DNA from: Tagaea sp.
Lineage (GTDB): Bacteria > Pseudomonadota > Alphaproteobacteria > CACIAM-22H2
Reading direction: 5' to 3'
NCBI GenBank assembly: GCA_965279525.1
Contig: CBDIIB010000005.1
Location: 864,001-928,000, forward strand
DNA: 64,000 bases
Every line of letters starts with the position of its first letter. Position 1 is the first letter of the stretch. The translations under genes and the position numbers were made by a program. This document shows positions 48,738 through 58,439 of this stretch, piece after piece. The notes under the pieces were generated by a model. It did not search any database, was not told the DNA's origin, and saw nothing but the letters and a program-made list of their open reading frames with translations.

Positions 48738-49592
48738 TCAGACCGCGAGGTCGACCGCCACGGGCACGTGGTCGGAGGGCTGGGTCCAGTCGCGGGCACC
48801 GCGCAGGATGTGGAAACCCTTCACCTTGCCGGCGAGATCGGGCGTCACCCAGATATGGTCGAGCCGCCGGCCGCGATCCGACTTGCGCCAGTCGGAATTT
48901 CGATAGCTCCACCACGTATAAAGGCGCTGCGGCTCGGGATGGCGCAGGCGCGCGACATCGACCCAGTCGTGCGCGGCCCGCATCTTCGCCAGCCCCTCGA
49001 CCTCGACCGGCGTGTGGCTGACGACATCGAGAAGCTGCTTGTGGCTCCACACGTCGGTCTCCAAGGGCGCGATGTTGAGATCGCCCACCAGGATCGCCGG
49101 TCGGCCGCGCTTGCGCTTTTTCCACATGGCCGCCTGCGAGGCGACGAAATCGAGCTTGTGCTTGAACTTCGGATTGGCGGCCGGATCGGGAATGTCGCCG
49201 CCGGCGGGGATGTAGACGTCGTTGAGCTCGACGCCGCCGGGCAATCCGACGCGCAGATGCCGGCAATCCTCGAGACCGCAATGATGGTGCGGCGAATTCT
49301 CGGCAAGCGGCACGCGGCTCAGCACGGCCACGCCGTTATAGCTCTTCATGCCGTGGAAGGCCTGATGCGCGAAGCCCAGCGCCTTCAGCGCCTCGCCCGG
49401 AAAAACCTCATCCGGGCATTTGGTCTCCTGCAGGCACAGCACGTCGGGCCGCGCGAGGCCGATCAGCTTCTCGATCAACGGCAGGCGCAGGCGCACCGAG
49501 TTGATGTTCCATGTGACGAGCCGCAACGCGCCGCGCGGCGCCTTGGGCAGCGGTTCGGTGTCGAAATAGGGCAGCGGGGGCGTTTCGGTCAT
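48738..49592 (-). CDS. xth: Exodeoxyribonuclease III family AP endonuclease
   Basis: TWNINSVR, LQETK, YNGVA, GDLNIAP, TWWSYR, GRRLDH, SDHVPV. Confidence 0.93.
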   Translation of the reverse strand: MTETPPLPYFDTEPLPKAPRGALRLVTWNINSVRLRLPLIEKLIGLARPDVLCLQETKCPDEVFPGEALKALGFAHQAFHGMKSYNGVAVLSRVPLAENSPHHHCGLEDCRHLRVGLPGGVELNDVYIPAGGDIPDPAANPKFKHKLDFVASQAAMWKKRKRGRPAILVGDLNIAPLETDVWSHKQLLDVVSHTPVEVEGLAKMRAAHDWVDVARLRHPEPQRLYTWWSYRNSDWRKSDRGRRLDHIWVTPDLAGKVKGFHILRGARDWTQPSDHVPVAVDLAV

Positions 49593-49602
49593 GGATGCCG
49601 AT

Positions 49603-50574
49603 CTAGCGCGATTCGCAAGCGGCCGCGAAGGATTTCAGCAGGCCGGCGCATGCGGCCTCCTCCTCGAACACCATCATGTGCGAGGCGCCGGCAAGCTCGG
49701 TGAGCTTCGCGTGCGGCACCTTCGCGGCCGCATCGGGCATCATCGCGGTGACGGTCACGCCCTGCGCAAGGCCGGCCGCGATGTCGCCCGCGACGAAATG
49801 CAGCGGCAGCGTTGCCGGGAACCGGTCGAGGGCCGGGAAATTGACGGGCCGCCCGCCCAGCGCCCGGAAGACCGCCGTTTCCACTGCCGGCGGACAGGCG
49901 AGCCGCCACGTGGCGCCGTCGGGGCGCAGCGTGGCGGCGGCATGCGCCGCGATCTGGTCGACACGGAAACGCTGGAAGATCTCGCGGCCTGTGATGTAGG
50001 CCGCAAGCTCGTCGGGACCGCCGGCGAATTCGTCGCGCCTTGCACTGGCGCGCGTCACGCGTTTCTTGTGGCGCGCGAGGCCGGCGTCGTGCAACGGATG
50101 GCCGGGCGGCGGGAAGAACGGCGGTTCGAACAGCATCATGCCTTTCAGGCCGAGAGCGGCGAACCGCGCGGGATGGAAGAGTGCCAGTCGCAGCATCGCC
50201 GCCCCGCACATCGAGTGGGCGCCGTAGACGAGCCGCCGGCCGGCCCAAGCACTCGCCGTGCGCGCGACGGCCTCGACATCGGCGGCCAGCGCATCGGGAT
50301 CGCAGAAGGCTTCGAGATCCTCGCTTGGTGCCGGCTGCGCCGATCCGCCCTGCCCGGCCGCGTCGAACGCGTAGATGTCGAGATCGGTTTCAAGTGCCGC
50401 GAACAGCGTGCGGTAGCTGCCGGCGGCGAACCCGTTTGCGTGGCCCCACAGCAACGCAGGCCGCGGACCGGCACCGGTGCCGCGCCAGCGATAGAGCCGG
50501 ATCGGCCGGCCGCCATGGCCGGCTACGCTGCGGCACTCGGCCAGCGCGTCGGGCAGCGAGACAAAGCCGGTCAT
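49603..50574 (-). CDS. Alpha/beta fold hydrolase
   Basis: HANGF, AHSMCG nucleophile elbow, GASHM; ATGA overlap. Confidence 0.82.
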   Translation of the reverse strand: MTGFVSLPDALAECRSVAGHGGRPIRLYRWRGTGAGPRPALLWGHANGFAAGSYRTLFAALETDLDIYAFDAAGQGGSAQPAPSEDLEAFCDPDALAADVEAVARTASAWAGRRLVYGAHSMCGAAMLRLALFHPARFAALGLKGMMLFEPPFFPPPGHPLHDAGLARHKKRVTRASARRDEFAGGPDELAAYITGREIFQRFRVDQIAAHAAATLRPDGATWRLACPPAVETAVFRALGGRPVNFPALDRFPATLPLHFVAGDIAAGLAQGVTVTAMMPDAAAKVPHAKLTELAGASHMMVFEEEAACAGLLKSFAAACESR

Positions 50575-51314
50575 GCGTCGCGCGCCGCAACCGCCTCGGC
50601 GAAGGCGCGGAAGATCGCCGCCGCGAACGCGTCGCTGCGCACGTGCCATTCGGGATGCCATTGCAGGCCGAGCGCGAAGCCGGGCCCGCGGGTCCAGCGC
50701 ACCGCCTCGATCGTGCCGTCGGCGTGCCGCGCCTCGACGGCAAGGCCGTCGGCCAGCCGGTCGATCGCCTGCGCGTGCAGCGAATTGACGAAGGCGCGCG
50801 ACGTTCCGGCGATCTTCTCGAGGAAACCGCCCGGCACCAGCTCGATCCAGTGGCGCAGCGCGTATCGCACGTCCATGTCGGGATCTTCCGGCGCCTGATG
50901 GTCGATGCGGCCGGGCAGTTCCTCGACATGCTGGAAGAGGCTGCCGCCCAGCGCCACGTTGAGTTCCTGGTGCCCGCGGCACAGCGCCAGCAGCGGCAAC
51001 CCGCGCGCAAGGGCAGCGCGGATCAGCGGCAGGGTCGTGGCGTCGCGCGCGGCATCGTGCAGCGTGTCGGGCCTGCCCGTGTCGCCATAGTGCGACGGCT
51101 CGACATTCGACGGGCTGCCGGTCAACAGCAGTCCGTCGAGCCGGTCAAGGACCGCTTCGACGCTCTGGCGGGTGCCGATGGCCGGCAGGATCAGCGGCAC
51201 GCCGCCGATCCCGTCGAGGACGGCATCGACATACTGGGTCCGGACGATGTGCTGGAGGCCGCGATGGCCGGTCTGCAGGCAGGCGGAAACGCCGATGACG
51301 GGGGATTTCTTCAT
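50571..51314 (-). CDS. puuD: Gamma-glutamyl-gamma-aminobutyrate hydrolase family (peptidase C26)
   Basis: TGSPSNVEP, LCRGHQELNV, VNSLHAQ, QWHPE. Confidence 0.88.
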   Translation of the reverse strand: MKKSPVIGVSACLQTGHRGLQHIVRTQYVDAVLDGIGGVPLILPAIGTRQSVEAVLDRLDGLLLTGSPSNVEPSHYGDTGRPDTLHDAARDATTLPLIRAALARGLPLLALCRGHQELNVALGGSLFQHVEELPGRIDHQAPEDPDMDVRYALRHWIELVPGGFLEKIAGTSRAFVNSLHAQAIDRLADGLAVEARHADGTIEAVRWTRGPGFALGLQWHPEWHVRSDAFAAAIFRAFAEAVAARDA

Positions 51315-51359
51315 GTTGTCCAAGCCCTAGCACGCCGGCCGGGCCGGCTTCAAACGGGA

Positions 51360-51373
51360 TTGATCCAACGCAA
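51360..51373 (+). promoter_or_regulatory. FNR/FixK-like box TTGATCCAACGCAA
   Basis: TTGA-N6-GCAA, ending 64 bp before the eRF1-like ORF. Confidence 0.55.
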
Positions 51374-51437
51374 TTCGGCCATGAAAGGCGTGTGACATAA
51401 GAAGCTTGAAACCCCGATTTCCGGAGAACAGCAGGCC

Positions 51438-51833
51438 ATGAACCATTTCCACGCCGTCGTCTGGCTCGACCACGCGCACGCCAAGATCTTCCATTTCGAC
51501 GCGCATGCCTTCGAGGTGCAGGCCATCAAGTCGCCGCACGGCGACGGGCAGGTGCATCGCAAGGCCGGTGCCATCGGCTCAGGCCATGCCGCCGACGATC
51601 CGAAATACTTCGCGTCAGTGGCCGACGGCCTGCGCGACGCGCAGGAGATCCTGCTCGTCGGGCCCGGCCACACGAAAGGTGCCTTCGCCAAGCATCTCGC
51701 GGCACACGCGCCCGATATCGCGAAGAAGGTCGTCACGGTCGAGAACGCCGACCACCCGACCGACGGCGAGATCGTCGATCACGCGCGCAAGTACTTCAAG
51801 ATCGCCGACCGGATGACGCCTCAGCGGGCGTGA
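51438..51833 (+). CDS. Small eRF1-domain-2-like ('translational machinery') protein
   Basis: HAVVWLDHAHAKIF, EILLVGPGHTK, ADHPTDGEIV..ARKYF; GGAG RBS. Confidence 0.8.
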   Translation: MNHFHAVVWLDHAHAKIFHFDAHAFEVQAIKSPHGDGQVHRKAGAIGSGHAADDPKYFASVADGLRDAQEILLVGPGHTKGAFAKHLAAHAPDIAKKVVTVENADHPTDGEIVDHARKYFKIADRMTPQRA

Positions 51834-52800
51834 TCTCGGTCTCGCCGCGGGTCCGCCACAGCGAATAGAGAATTCCCGCGGCGATCAGGCCGACCGTCAC
51901 CGACAGCGAGAACCACGCCGGCATCTTGATGCCGAAGCCGACGAGGAAGATCTTGGTGCCGACGAACAGCAGGATCGTCGCCAGCGCATATTTGAGATAG
52001 CGGAAGCGGTGGATCATCGCGGCCAGCGCGAAATAGAGCGAGCGCAGCCCCAGGATCGCGAAGATGTTCGACGTGTAGACGATGAACGGGTCCGTCGTGA
52101 TCGCGAAGATCGCCGGAACCGAATCGACCGCGAAGATCAGGTCGACCGCCTCGACGAGCACGAGGCACAAGAACAGCGGCGTGGCCCAGCGCACCATCCG
52201 GCCGGTGGCAGGATCTGCCTGCATCACGAAGAAGCGCTCCTCGTGCAGTTCGGCCGTCACGCGCATGCGGCCTTTCAGGAACTTCAGCACCGGGTTGTCC
52301 CCGAGATCGCCTTCCTTGTCTGCCATCACCAGCATCTTGATGCCGGTGAAAAACAGGAACGCGCCGAAGACATAGAGGATCCACTGGAACTGGACGACGA
52401 GTGCGGCCCCCAGCCCGATCATCACGCCGCGCATGACGACGACGCCGATCACGCCCCAGAACAGCACGCGGTGCTGGTATTTCCGCGGGACGGCGAAATA
52501 GGTGAAGATCATCGAGATCGCGAAGACGTTGTCGAGCGACAGCGACCATTCGACGAAGAAGCCGGTGAAATATTCCATGCCCGGCACCGGGCCCATGAAC
52601 CACCAGACCCAGCCGCCGAACAGCATGGCGAGCGAGAAGTAGAACGCCGAGAGCTTCAGGCTCTGCGCGACGCCGATCTCCTTCTGGCCGCGGTTGAGCA
52701 CGCCCAGGTCGAGGGCGAGCAGCGTGACCACGATGCCGAGGAAGGCCGCCCACATCCAGGCCGGCTTGCCGAGAAATTCGTACGCGAAGAGGCTTTCCAT
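51796..52800 (-). CDS. TerC family membrane protein (Alx-like)
   Basis: EWSLSLDNVF, QHRVLFWG, DLIFAVDSVPAI, YTSNIFAILGLR. Confidence 0.93.
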   Translation of the reverse strand: MESLFAYEFLGKPAWMWAAFLGIVVTLLALDLGVLNRGQKEIGVAQSLKLSAFYFSLAMLFGGWVWWFMGPVPGMEYFTGFFVEWSLSLDNVFAISMIFTYFAVPRKYQHRVLFWGVIGVVVMRGVMIGLGAALVVQFQWILYVFGAFLFFTGIKMLVMADKEGDLGDNPVLKFLKGRMRVTAELHEERFFVMQADPATGRMVRWATPLFLCLVLVEAVDLIFAVDSVPAIFAITTDPFIVYTSNIFAILGLRSLYFALAAMIHRFRYLKYALATILLFVGTKIFLVGFGIKMPAWFSLSVTVGLIAAGILYSLWRTRGETEITPAEASSGRRS

Positions 52801-52807
52801 GCTGTCG

Positions 52808-52882
52808 CACTCCCATATGCGCTGGGAGTCCGACATCGCGGCGCATATGCGCCGCCAGAGGGGCCCGGACCCTGATGTCGTT
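52808..52882 (-). ncRNA. Structured cis-regulatory leader upstream of terC (resembles sul1/terC RNA motifs)
   Basis: CGACAUC/GAUGUCG outer stem enclosing GGGUCCGGGCCCCUCU and a GCGGCGC..GCGCCGC hairpin, then an ACUCCC/GGGAGU stem over the RBS. Confidence 0.6.
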
Positions 52883-52965
52883 GAGATTGGCCCGCCCCTG
52901 CCGCCGCGCAAGGGGTGGTGCCGAAAAAATCGGACGGTTTCTACCGTGCCCGCGCGTTGAATCCG

Positions 52966-54465
52966 CTACTCGATGAAGGCCTTTTCGCGCGCCCGGCGCA
53001 CGGCGGGCGCCAGCACCGCGACGAGCAGCAAGGCTGCCAGCACGAGCAGGGCAAGGCTGATCGGCCGTTCGACGAAGACCATCGGGTCACCGCGCGACAG
53101 GCGCATCGCGCGGCGCAGGTTCTCTTCCATCATGGGGCCCAGGATGAAGCCCAGCAGCAGCGGCGCCGGCTCGCAGCCGAGCTTGACGAACGCGTAGCCC
53201 AGCACGCCGAAGGCAAGCGCCAGCGCCACCTCGAAGGTCGAGTTGTTGAGGCCGAAGACGCCGATGCAGCAGAACACCAGGATCGCCGGATAGAGCAGCC
53301 GGTAGGGAACGCGCAGCAGCCGGACCCACAGGCCGATCATCGGCAGGTTGATGACGACGAGCATCAGGTTGCCGACCCACATGCTGGCGATCAGCCCCCA
53401 GAACAGGGCGGGCTCGCGCGTCATCACCTGGGGCCCCGGAACGATGCCGTGGATCGACATGGCGCCGATCATCAGGGCCATCACCGCGTTGGGCGGAATC
53501 CCGAGCGTCAGCATCGGGATGAACGAGGTCTGGGCACCTGCGTTGTTCGCTGCTTCCGGTGCGGCCACGCCCGCGACCGCCCCCTTGCCGAACCGCGAGG
53601 GATCGCGCGCGATCTTCTTTTCGAGCGTGTATGCGGCGAAGCTCGACAGCAGCGCGCCCCCGCCCGGCAGCACGCCGAGCAGCGAGCCCACCAGCGTGCC
53701 GCGCAACGCCGCCGGGGCCGCCTCGCGGATCTCCGCGCGCGTCGGCCACAAGCCTTCGATCTTCGCGGATTCCCCGCGCAGGAAATGGCGCTCGAGCTGG
53801 ACCGCGATCTCGGCGATGGCGAACAGCCCCATCGCCAGCGGCACGAAGCCGATCCCGTCGGAGAGTTCCGCGATGCCGAAGGTGAATCGCAGCTGGCCCG
53901 AGTTCACGTCGGTGCCGACAAGGCCGAGCACGAGGCCCAGCAGCGTCATCGCCACGGCCTTGGCGATCGAGCCGTGCGCCAGCACGATGGCCGCGACGAG
54001 ACCGAAGGCCATCAGCGAGAAATACTCGGTTGCCCCGAAAAGCTGGCCGAAACGCACCATCGCGGGGCTGGCGACCGCGACGACGAGCGTGGCGACGGTC
54101 CCGGCGAAGAACGAGGCGAGGGCCGCGACCGCGAGGGCCGCCCCCGCCCGACCGCGCCGCGCCATCGCATGCCCGTCGATGCAGGTGACGACCGACGAGG
54201 ATTCACCCGGCATGTTGACGAGGATCGCCGTCGTCGAGCCGCCATACTGGGCACCGTAATAGATGCCCGCGAGCATGATGAGCGCACCCACCGGCTCCAG
54301 CGTGAACGTGACCGGCAGCAGCATCGCGATGGTCGCGACCGGCCCGATGCCCGGCAGCACGCCGATCAGCGTACCGAGCAGGGCACCGGCCAGGCACCAG
54401 AACAGGTTGACCGGCGTGAGCGCCACGCCGAAGCCGAGCAGCAGCGGATCGAACAGTTCGCTCAT
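52966..54465 (-). CDS. tctA: Tripartite tricarboxylate transporter permease
   Basis: GTLIGVLPGIG, YYGAQYGGSTTAIL, APEAANNA, LTLGIP. Confidence 0.93.
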   Translation of the reverse strand: MSELFDPLLLGFGVALTPVNLFWCLAGALLGTLIGVLPGIGPVATIAMLLPVTFTLEPVGALIMLAGIYYGAQYGGSTTAILVNMPGESSSVVTCIDGHAMARRGRAGAALAVAALASFFAGTVATLVVAVASPAMVRFGQLFGATEYFSLMAFGLVAAIVLAHGSIAKAVAMTLLGLVLGLVGTDVNSGQLRFTFGIAELSDGIGFVPLAMGLFAIAEIAVQLERHFLRGESAKIEGLWPTRAEIREAAPAALRGTLVGSLLGVLPGGGALLSSFAAYTLEKKIARDPSRFGKGAVAGVAAPEAANNAGAQTSFIPMLTLGIPPNAVMALMIGAMSIHGIVPGPQVMTREPALFWGLIASMWVGNLMLVVINLPMIGLWVRLLRVPYRLLYPAILVFCCIGVFGLNNSTFEVALALAFGVLGYAFVKLGCEPAPLLLGFILGPMMEENLRRAMRLSRGDPMVFVERPISLALLVLAALLLVAVLAPAVRRAREKAFIE

Positions 54466-54911
54466 CGCCCGAAGAGCGGGATCGGCAGGCCCAACCCCCA
54501 GACGAAAATCGCGGCCCCGAGTGCGGCAAGGAACGCCGCCAGCGCCAGCGTCTCGACCGGCCGGTAGGGCCGCCCGGCCAGACGCGCCAGCCCCACGCAG
54601 GCGAAGATCGCGACGATCAGGCCCGCACGCTCGAGCAGAAGCGCGAAGGCTGCCACGCCCAGCAGCAGGCACACGAGCGGACGCGGATCGCTTTCGGGCA
54701 GCGCGTCGGGGATGTGCCTGAGAAGACCGGCCAGCGCGATGGCGCTTCCCAGTGCGATCAGCAACCAGCCGAGTGCCGCGGGAACCCAACCCGGCCCCAT
54801 GCGCCGCATGTCGCCGGCGGGATAGCCCCACGCGAGGATGACGGCGGACACGCCGAAGACGATGAAGAGGCCGCCCGCGAGCGTCCCGATGCTTCGCAGG
54901 CGGCCGGCCAT
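54462..54911 (-). CDS. tctB: Tripartite tricarboxylate transporter small subunit
   Basis: MGPGWVP motif, 4-5 TM segments, position between tctC and tctA. Confidence 0.88.
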   Translation of the reverse strand: MAGRLRSIGTLAGGLFIVFGVSAVILAWGYPAGDMRRMGPGWVPAALGWLLIALGSAIALAGLLRHIPDALPESDPRPLVCLLLGVAAFALLLERAGLIVAIFACVGLARLAGRPYRPVETLALAAFLAALGAAIFVWGLGLPIPLFGR

Positions 54912-55886
54912 TCAGTCGATCCGCGCACCCGACAGGCGGACGATCTCGCGGTACTTCTCGTGTTCGGCACGCACGAAGGCGGTGAACTCCGCCGGCGTGT
55001 TGCCCACGGGCACGACCGCGAGCTTGGCAAGGCGCTCGACCGTCGCCGGGTCCTTGAGTGCGGCAATGCTCGCCGTCGCGAGCTTCTGCACGATGTCGGC
55101 AGGCGTGCCGGCCGGTGCGAAGATCCCGAACCACGTGCTGATGTCGAAACCCTGGATGCCCGCCTCGCCCATCGTCGGCACGTTGGGCACCTGGCTGTTG
55201 CGCTTGGGCGTGGTCACCGCAAGCGGCCGGAGCTTGCCCGCCTCGATCTGCGGGAAGGCGTTTGCGAGATTGTCGAACGTGAACTGCGTTTCGCCCGACA
55301 GCAGGGCGTTGAGCTGCGGGGCACCGCCCTGATAGGGGATGTGCTCGATCGGCACGCCGATGCGGTCGGCGAACAGGGCGCCGGCCAGATGCCCGCCGCT
55401 GCCGTTGCCGCCCGAGCCGTAGTTGAAGCCCTTGGGGTTCGCCTTGATGAGGCGCACGAGATCGGCGACCGTGTCGGCCTTCACCGACGGACCGACGACG
55501 AGGATGTTGGGCACGTCGCCGACCTGGGTGATCGCGACCGTGTCGCGCAGCGGCTCGAACGGCATCTTCGCGTAGAGATGCGGGTTGACCGCGTGAGTGG
55601 AAAGCGCCCCCATGACGATCGTGTGGCCGTCGGGCGCCGACTTCGCCACGAGATCGACGCCCACGTTGCCGCCCGCCCCGGGGCGGTTCTCGACGACGAC
55701 CGTCTGGCCGAGCAGCACGGTCATCTTGTCGGCGACCGCGCGCGCCGACACGTCGAGCGAGCCGCCCGGCGGAAAGGGCACCACGAAACGGATCGGGCGG
55801 CTGGGGAAAGCCTGCGCATGGGCGATGCCCGGCAGGGCGGCGGCCGCACCGGCGGCGGCGATGAAAAGGCGGCGGGAAAGCGTCAA
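54912..55886 (-). CDS. tctC: Bug/TctC substrate-binding protein
   Basis: SRRLF Tat-like signal, PSRPIRFVVPFPPGG, VENRPGAGG, PDGHT, HIPYQG. Confidence 0.92.
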   Translation of the reverse strand: MTLSRRLFIAAAGAAAALPGIAHAQAFPSRPIRFVVPFPPGGSLDVSARAVADKMTVLLGQTVVVENRPGAGGNVGVDLVAKSAPDGHTIVMGALSTHAVNPHLYAKMPFEPLRDTVAITQVGDVPNILVVGPSVKADTVADLVRLIKANPKGFNYGSGGNGSGGHLAGALFADRIGVPIEHIPYQGGAPQLNALLSGETQFTFDNLANAFPQIEAGKLRPLAVTTPKRNSQVPNVPTMGEAGIQGFDISTWFGIFAPAGTPADIVQKLATASIAALKDPATVERLAKLAVVPVGNTPAEFTAFVRAEHEKYREIVRLSGARID

Positions 55887-55924
55887 GGGGCGGGTCTCCT
55901 CGGGGGTGGCGGCGCGGCATTCGC

Positions 55925-55946
55925 CGTCGCCTGAAAGCAGGCGACG
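55925..55946. terminator. Hairpin between ftsK and tctC
   Basis: CGTCGCCTG-AAAG-CAGGCGACG, perfect 9-bp stem but no U-tract. Confidence 0.35.
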
Positions 55947-55991
55947 TTAGCCCAAACGCCTCGCCCCGTCAGCCCCCGACGTCGATACGCG

Positions 55992-58427
55992 TCAGTTCGC
56001 GTAATCGCCCTTGGGTGCCAGCACCTCGCGCTTGCCGACATGGTTGGCCGAGCCGATCACGCCTTCGGATTCCATGCGTTCCACGATGCGGGCGGCGCGG
56101 TTGTAGCCGATCTGCAGGTGGCGCTGGATGAAGCTGGTCGAGCATTTGCGCTCGCGCGCCACGAGCGCCACGGCCTGGTCGTAAAGCTGGTCGGAGCCTT
56201 CGCCGCCGCCCGAACCGCCGGCAGCCCCGCCCTCGCCGCCCTCGCCAAGTCCCATGGCGGCCAGCGCGTCGTCGTCCTCGGTGACCTCTTCGATATAGGC
56301 CGGCACACCCTGCGCCTTCAGATGCTGCACGACGTGCTCGACCTCGCGGTCGGACACGAACGGCCCGTGCACGCGCGTGATGCGCCCGCCGCCGGCCATG
56401 TAGAGCATGTCGCCCTGGCCGAGGAGCTGTTCGGCGCCCTGCTCGCCCAGGATCGTGCGGCTGTCGATCTTGCTGGTGACCTGGAACGAGATGCGCGTCG
56501 GGAAGTTCGCCTTGATGGTGCCGGTGATGACGTCGACCGACGGGCGCTGGGTGGCCATCAGGATGTGGATGCCGGCGGCGCGCGCCATCTGGGCAAGACG
56601 CTGGACCGCCCATTCGACTTCCTTGCCGGCGACGAGCATCAGGTCGGCCATCTCGTCGACCACCACCACGATGAAGGGCAGCGGCGTCATGTCGAGCGGC
56701 TGGTCTTCGAACACGGGCTTGCCTGCCTCGTCGAAGCCGGTCTGCACCTTGCGGGTGAGCATCTCGCCCGACTTCTTGGCTTCGGCGAGGCGCTGGTTGT
56801 AGCCCGCGATGTTGCGCACGCCGAGCTTCGACATGGCGCGGTAGCGGTTCTCCATCTCGCGCACGGTCCATTTGAGCGCCACGACCGCCTTCTTGGGGTC
56901 GGTCACGACCGGCGAAAGCAAATGCGGGATGCCGTCATAGACCGAAAGCTCGATCATCTTGGGATCGATCATGATGAAGCGGCACTCGGCCGGCGACAGG
57001 CGGTAGAGCAGCGACAGGATCATCGTGTTGATCGCGACCGACTTGCCCGAACCCGTGGTGCCGGCGATGAGCAGATGGGGCATGCGCGCGAGGTCGACGA
57101 TGATCGCCCCGCCGCCGATGTCGCGCCCGAGCACGAGGGAGAGGCCCGCCTGCTTGTCCTCGATCGTCTGTTCGAGAAGATCGCGCAGGAACACCGTCTC
57201 GCGTTCGGCGTTGGGGAGTTCGATGCCGATGACGTTGCGCCCCGGCACGACCGCCACGCGCACGGCGAGGGCCGACATCGAACGCGCGATGTCGTCCGAC
57301 AGGCCGACGACGCGCGCGGCCTTGGTGCCGGGTGCGGGCTCGAGTTCATAGAGGGTGACGACGGGACCCGGGCGGACCTTCACGATCTGGCCCTTGACGC
57401 CGTAGTCGTCGAGCACGCCTTCGAGCAGGCGCGCGTTCTGGGCAAGTGCTGTCTCGTCGACCGCCGCGGCGGCCTTGACGATCTTGGGCTTGGTCAGGAG
57501 GTCGATCGACGGCGCCTGGTATTCGCCCTGCACCGCGAGATCGAGGTTGGCCTGCTTGGGCTTCTTCTTCGCCTCGGGCTTCGCCTTTTCGGCAATTGCG
57601 CTGCGCTCGACCAGTTCGGTCGGCGGCACGCGCGGCTTCTCCGGCTCGGGGGCGATTTCCGGATCGGAATCGGCGGAGCCGTCGAGCGAGGGTTCGTGGC
57701 GGCTGCGCTTGAGTTCCTGCTTCTCGCGCGCGCGCGCCTTGGCGGGATCGCCCAGGCGCACCTTCGCGACGACCGTGGAAAGCCCCTGCCACAGGCCGGT
57801 CGCGACCTTGGCCGACATGCGCGCGAGCCAGCCGCCGGCCCACGCGGCCGTGCGGTATTCGCCCCACGTGATCGCAAGGCCGAAGACGAACGCGAGCAGG
57901 GCAAGCCCGGCCGCGGCCGTCGCCAGCACGTCGGCGCCACGGCCGAAATCGGCGCCGAGATTGAGCATCGTCGCAAGGAAGATCTGGCCCACCGTGCCGC
58001 CAAGGCTTGCGTCGAGCGGACGCGGCCAGCCGGCAGGTGCTGTCCACGTCGACAGCGCCATCGCGGCGAGCAGGACGGTGACGGGCAGCAACGCGACGCG
58101 CAGCCACCACAGGTGCAGGAAGCGCGAGCGCATCAGGCGCCAGCCCCACGCCGCGAACGAAACCGGGATCAGCACGCCGGCAAGGCCGAGCGTCTGCAGG
58201 ATGAGATCGGCACACGCCGCACCGGCGAAGCCGAGGATGTTGCTGATCTTGAGATCGGTCGCCCGGTTGAAACTCGGGTCGGCGGAATCGTACGTGACGA
58301 GCGAAGCCGCCACGAGCGCCGCGAGTACGAGCAGGCCGAGACCGACGGTTTCGGCCATCCGCTTGCGGATGAAGGCGCCGGCCCCCTCGGGGAACAGGCC
58401 GGTCGTGATGCGCGTTGCGATCGCCAT
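55992..58427 (-). CDS. ftsK: DNA translocase FtsK
   Basis: 4TM N-terminus, PGPVVTLYE, PHLLIAGTTGSGKS, DEMADLM, ATQRPS, gamma domain LQIGYNRAAR. Confidence 0.97.
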   Translation of the reverse strand: MAIATRITTGLFPEGAGAFIRKRMAETVGLGLLVLAALVAASLVTYDSADPSFNRATDLKISNILGFAGAACADLILQTLGLAGVLIPVSFAAWGWRLMRSRFLHLWWLRVALLPVTVLLAAMALSTWTAPAGWPRPLDASLGGTVGQIFLATMLNLGADFGRGADVLATAAAGLALLAFVFGLAITWGEYRTAAWAGGWLARMSAKVATGLWQGLSTVVAKVRLGDPAKARAREKQELKRSRHEPSLDGSADSDPEIAPEPEKPRVPPTELVERSAIAEKAKPEAKKKPKQANLDLAVQGEYQAPSIDLLTKPKIVKAAAAVDETALAQNARLLEGVLDDYGVKGQIVKVRPGPVVTLYELEPAPGTKAARVVGLSDDIARSMSALAVRVAVVPGRNVIGIELPNAERETVFLRDLLEQTIEDKQAGLSLVLGRDIGGGAIIVDLARMPHLLIAGTTGSGKSVAINTMILSLLYRLSPAECRFIMIDPKMIELSVYDGIPHLLSPVVTDPKKAVVALKWTVREMENRYRAMSKLGVRNIAGYNQRLAEAKKSGEMLTRKVQTGFDEAGKPVFEDQPLDMTPLPFIVVVVDEMADLMLVAGKEVEWAVQRLAQMARAAGIHILMATQRPSVDVITGTIKANFPTRISFQVTSKIDSRTILGEQGAEQLLGQGDMLYMAGGGRITRVHGPFVSDREVEHVVQHLKAQGVPAYIEEVTEDDDALAAMGLGEGGEGGAAGGSGGGEGSDQLYDQAVALVARERKCSTSFIQRHLQIGYNRAARIVERMESEGVIGSANHVGKREVLAPKGDYAN

Positions 58428-58439
58428 GGGCTTCGTCCT

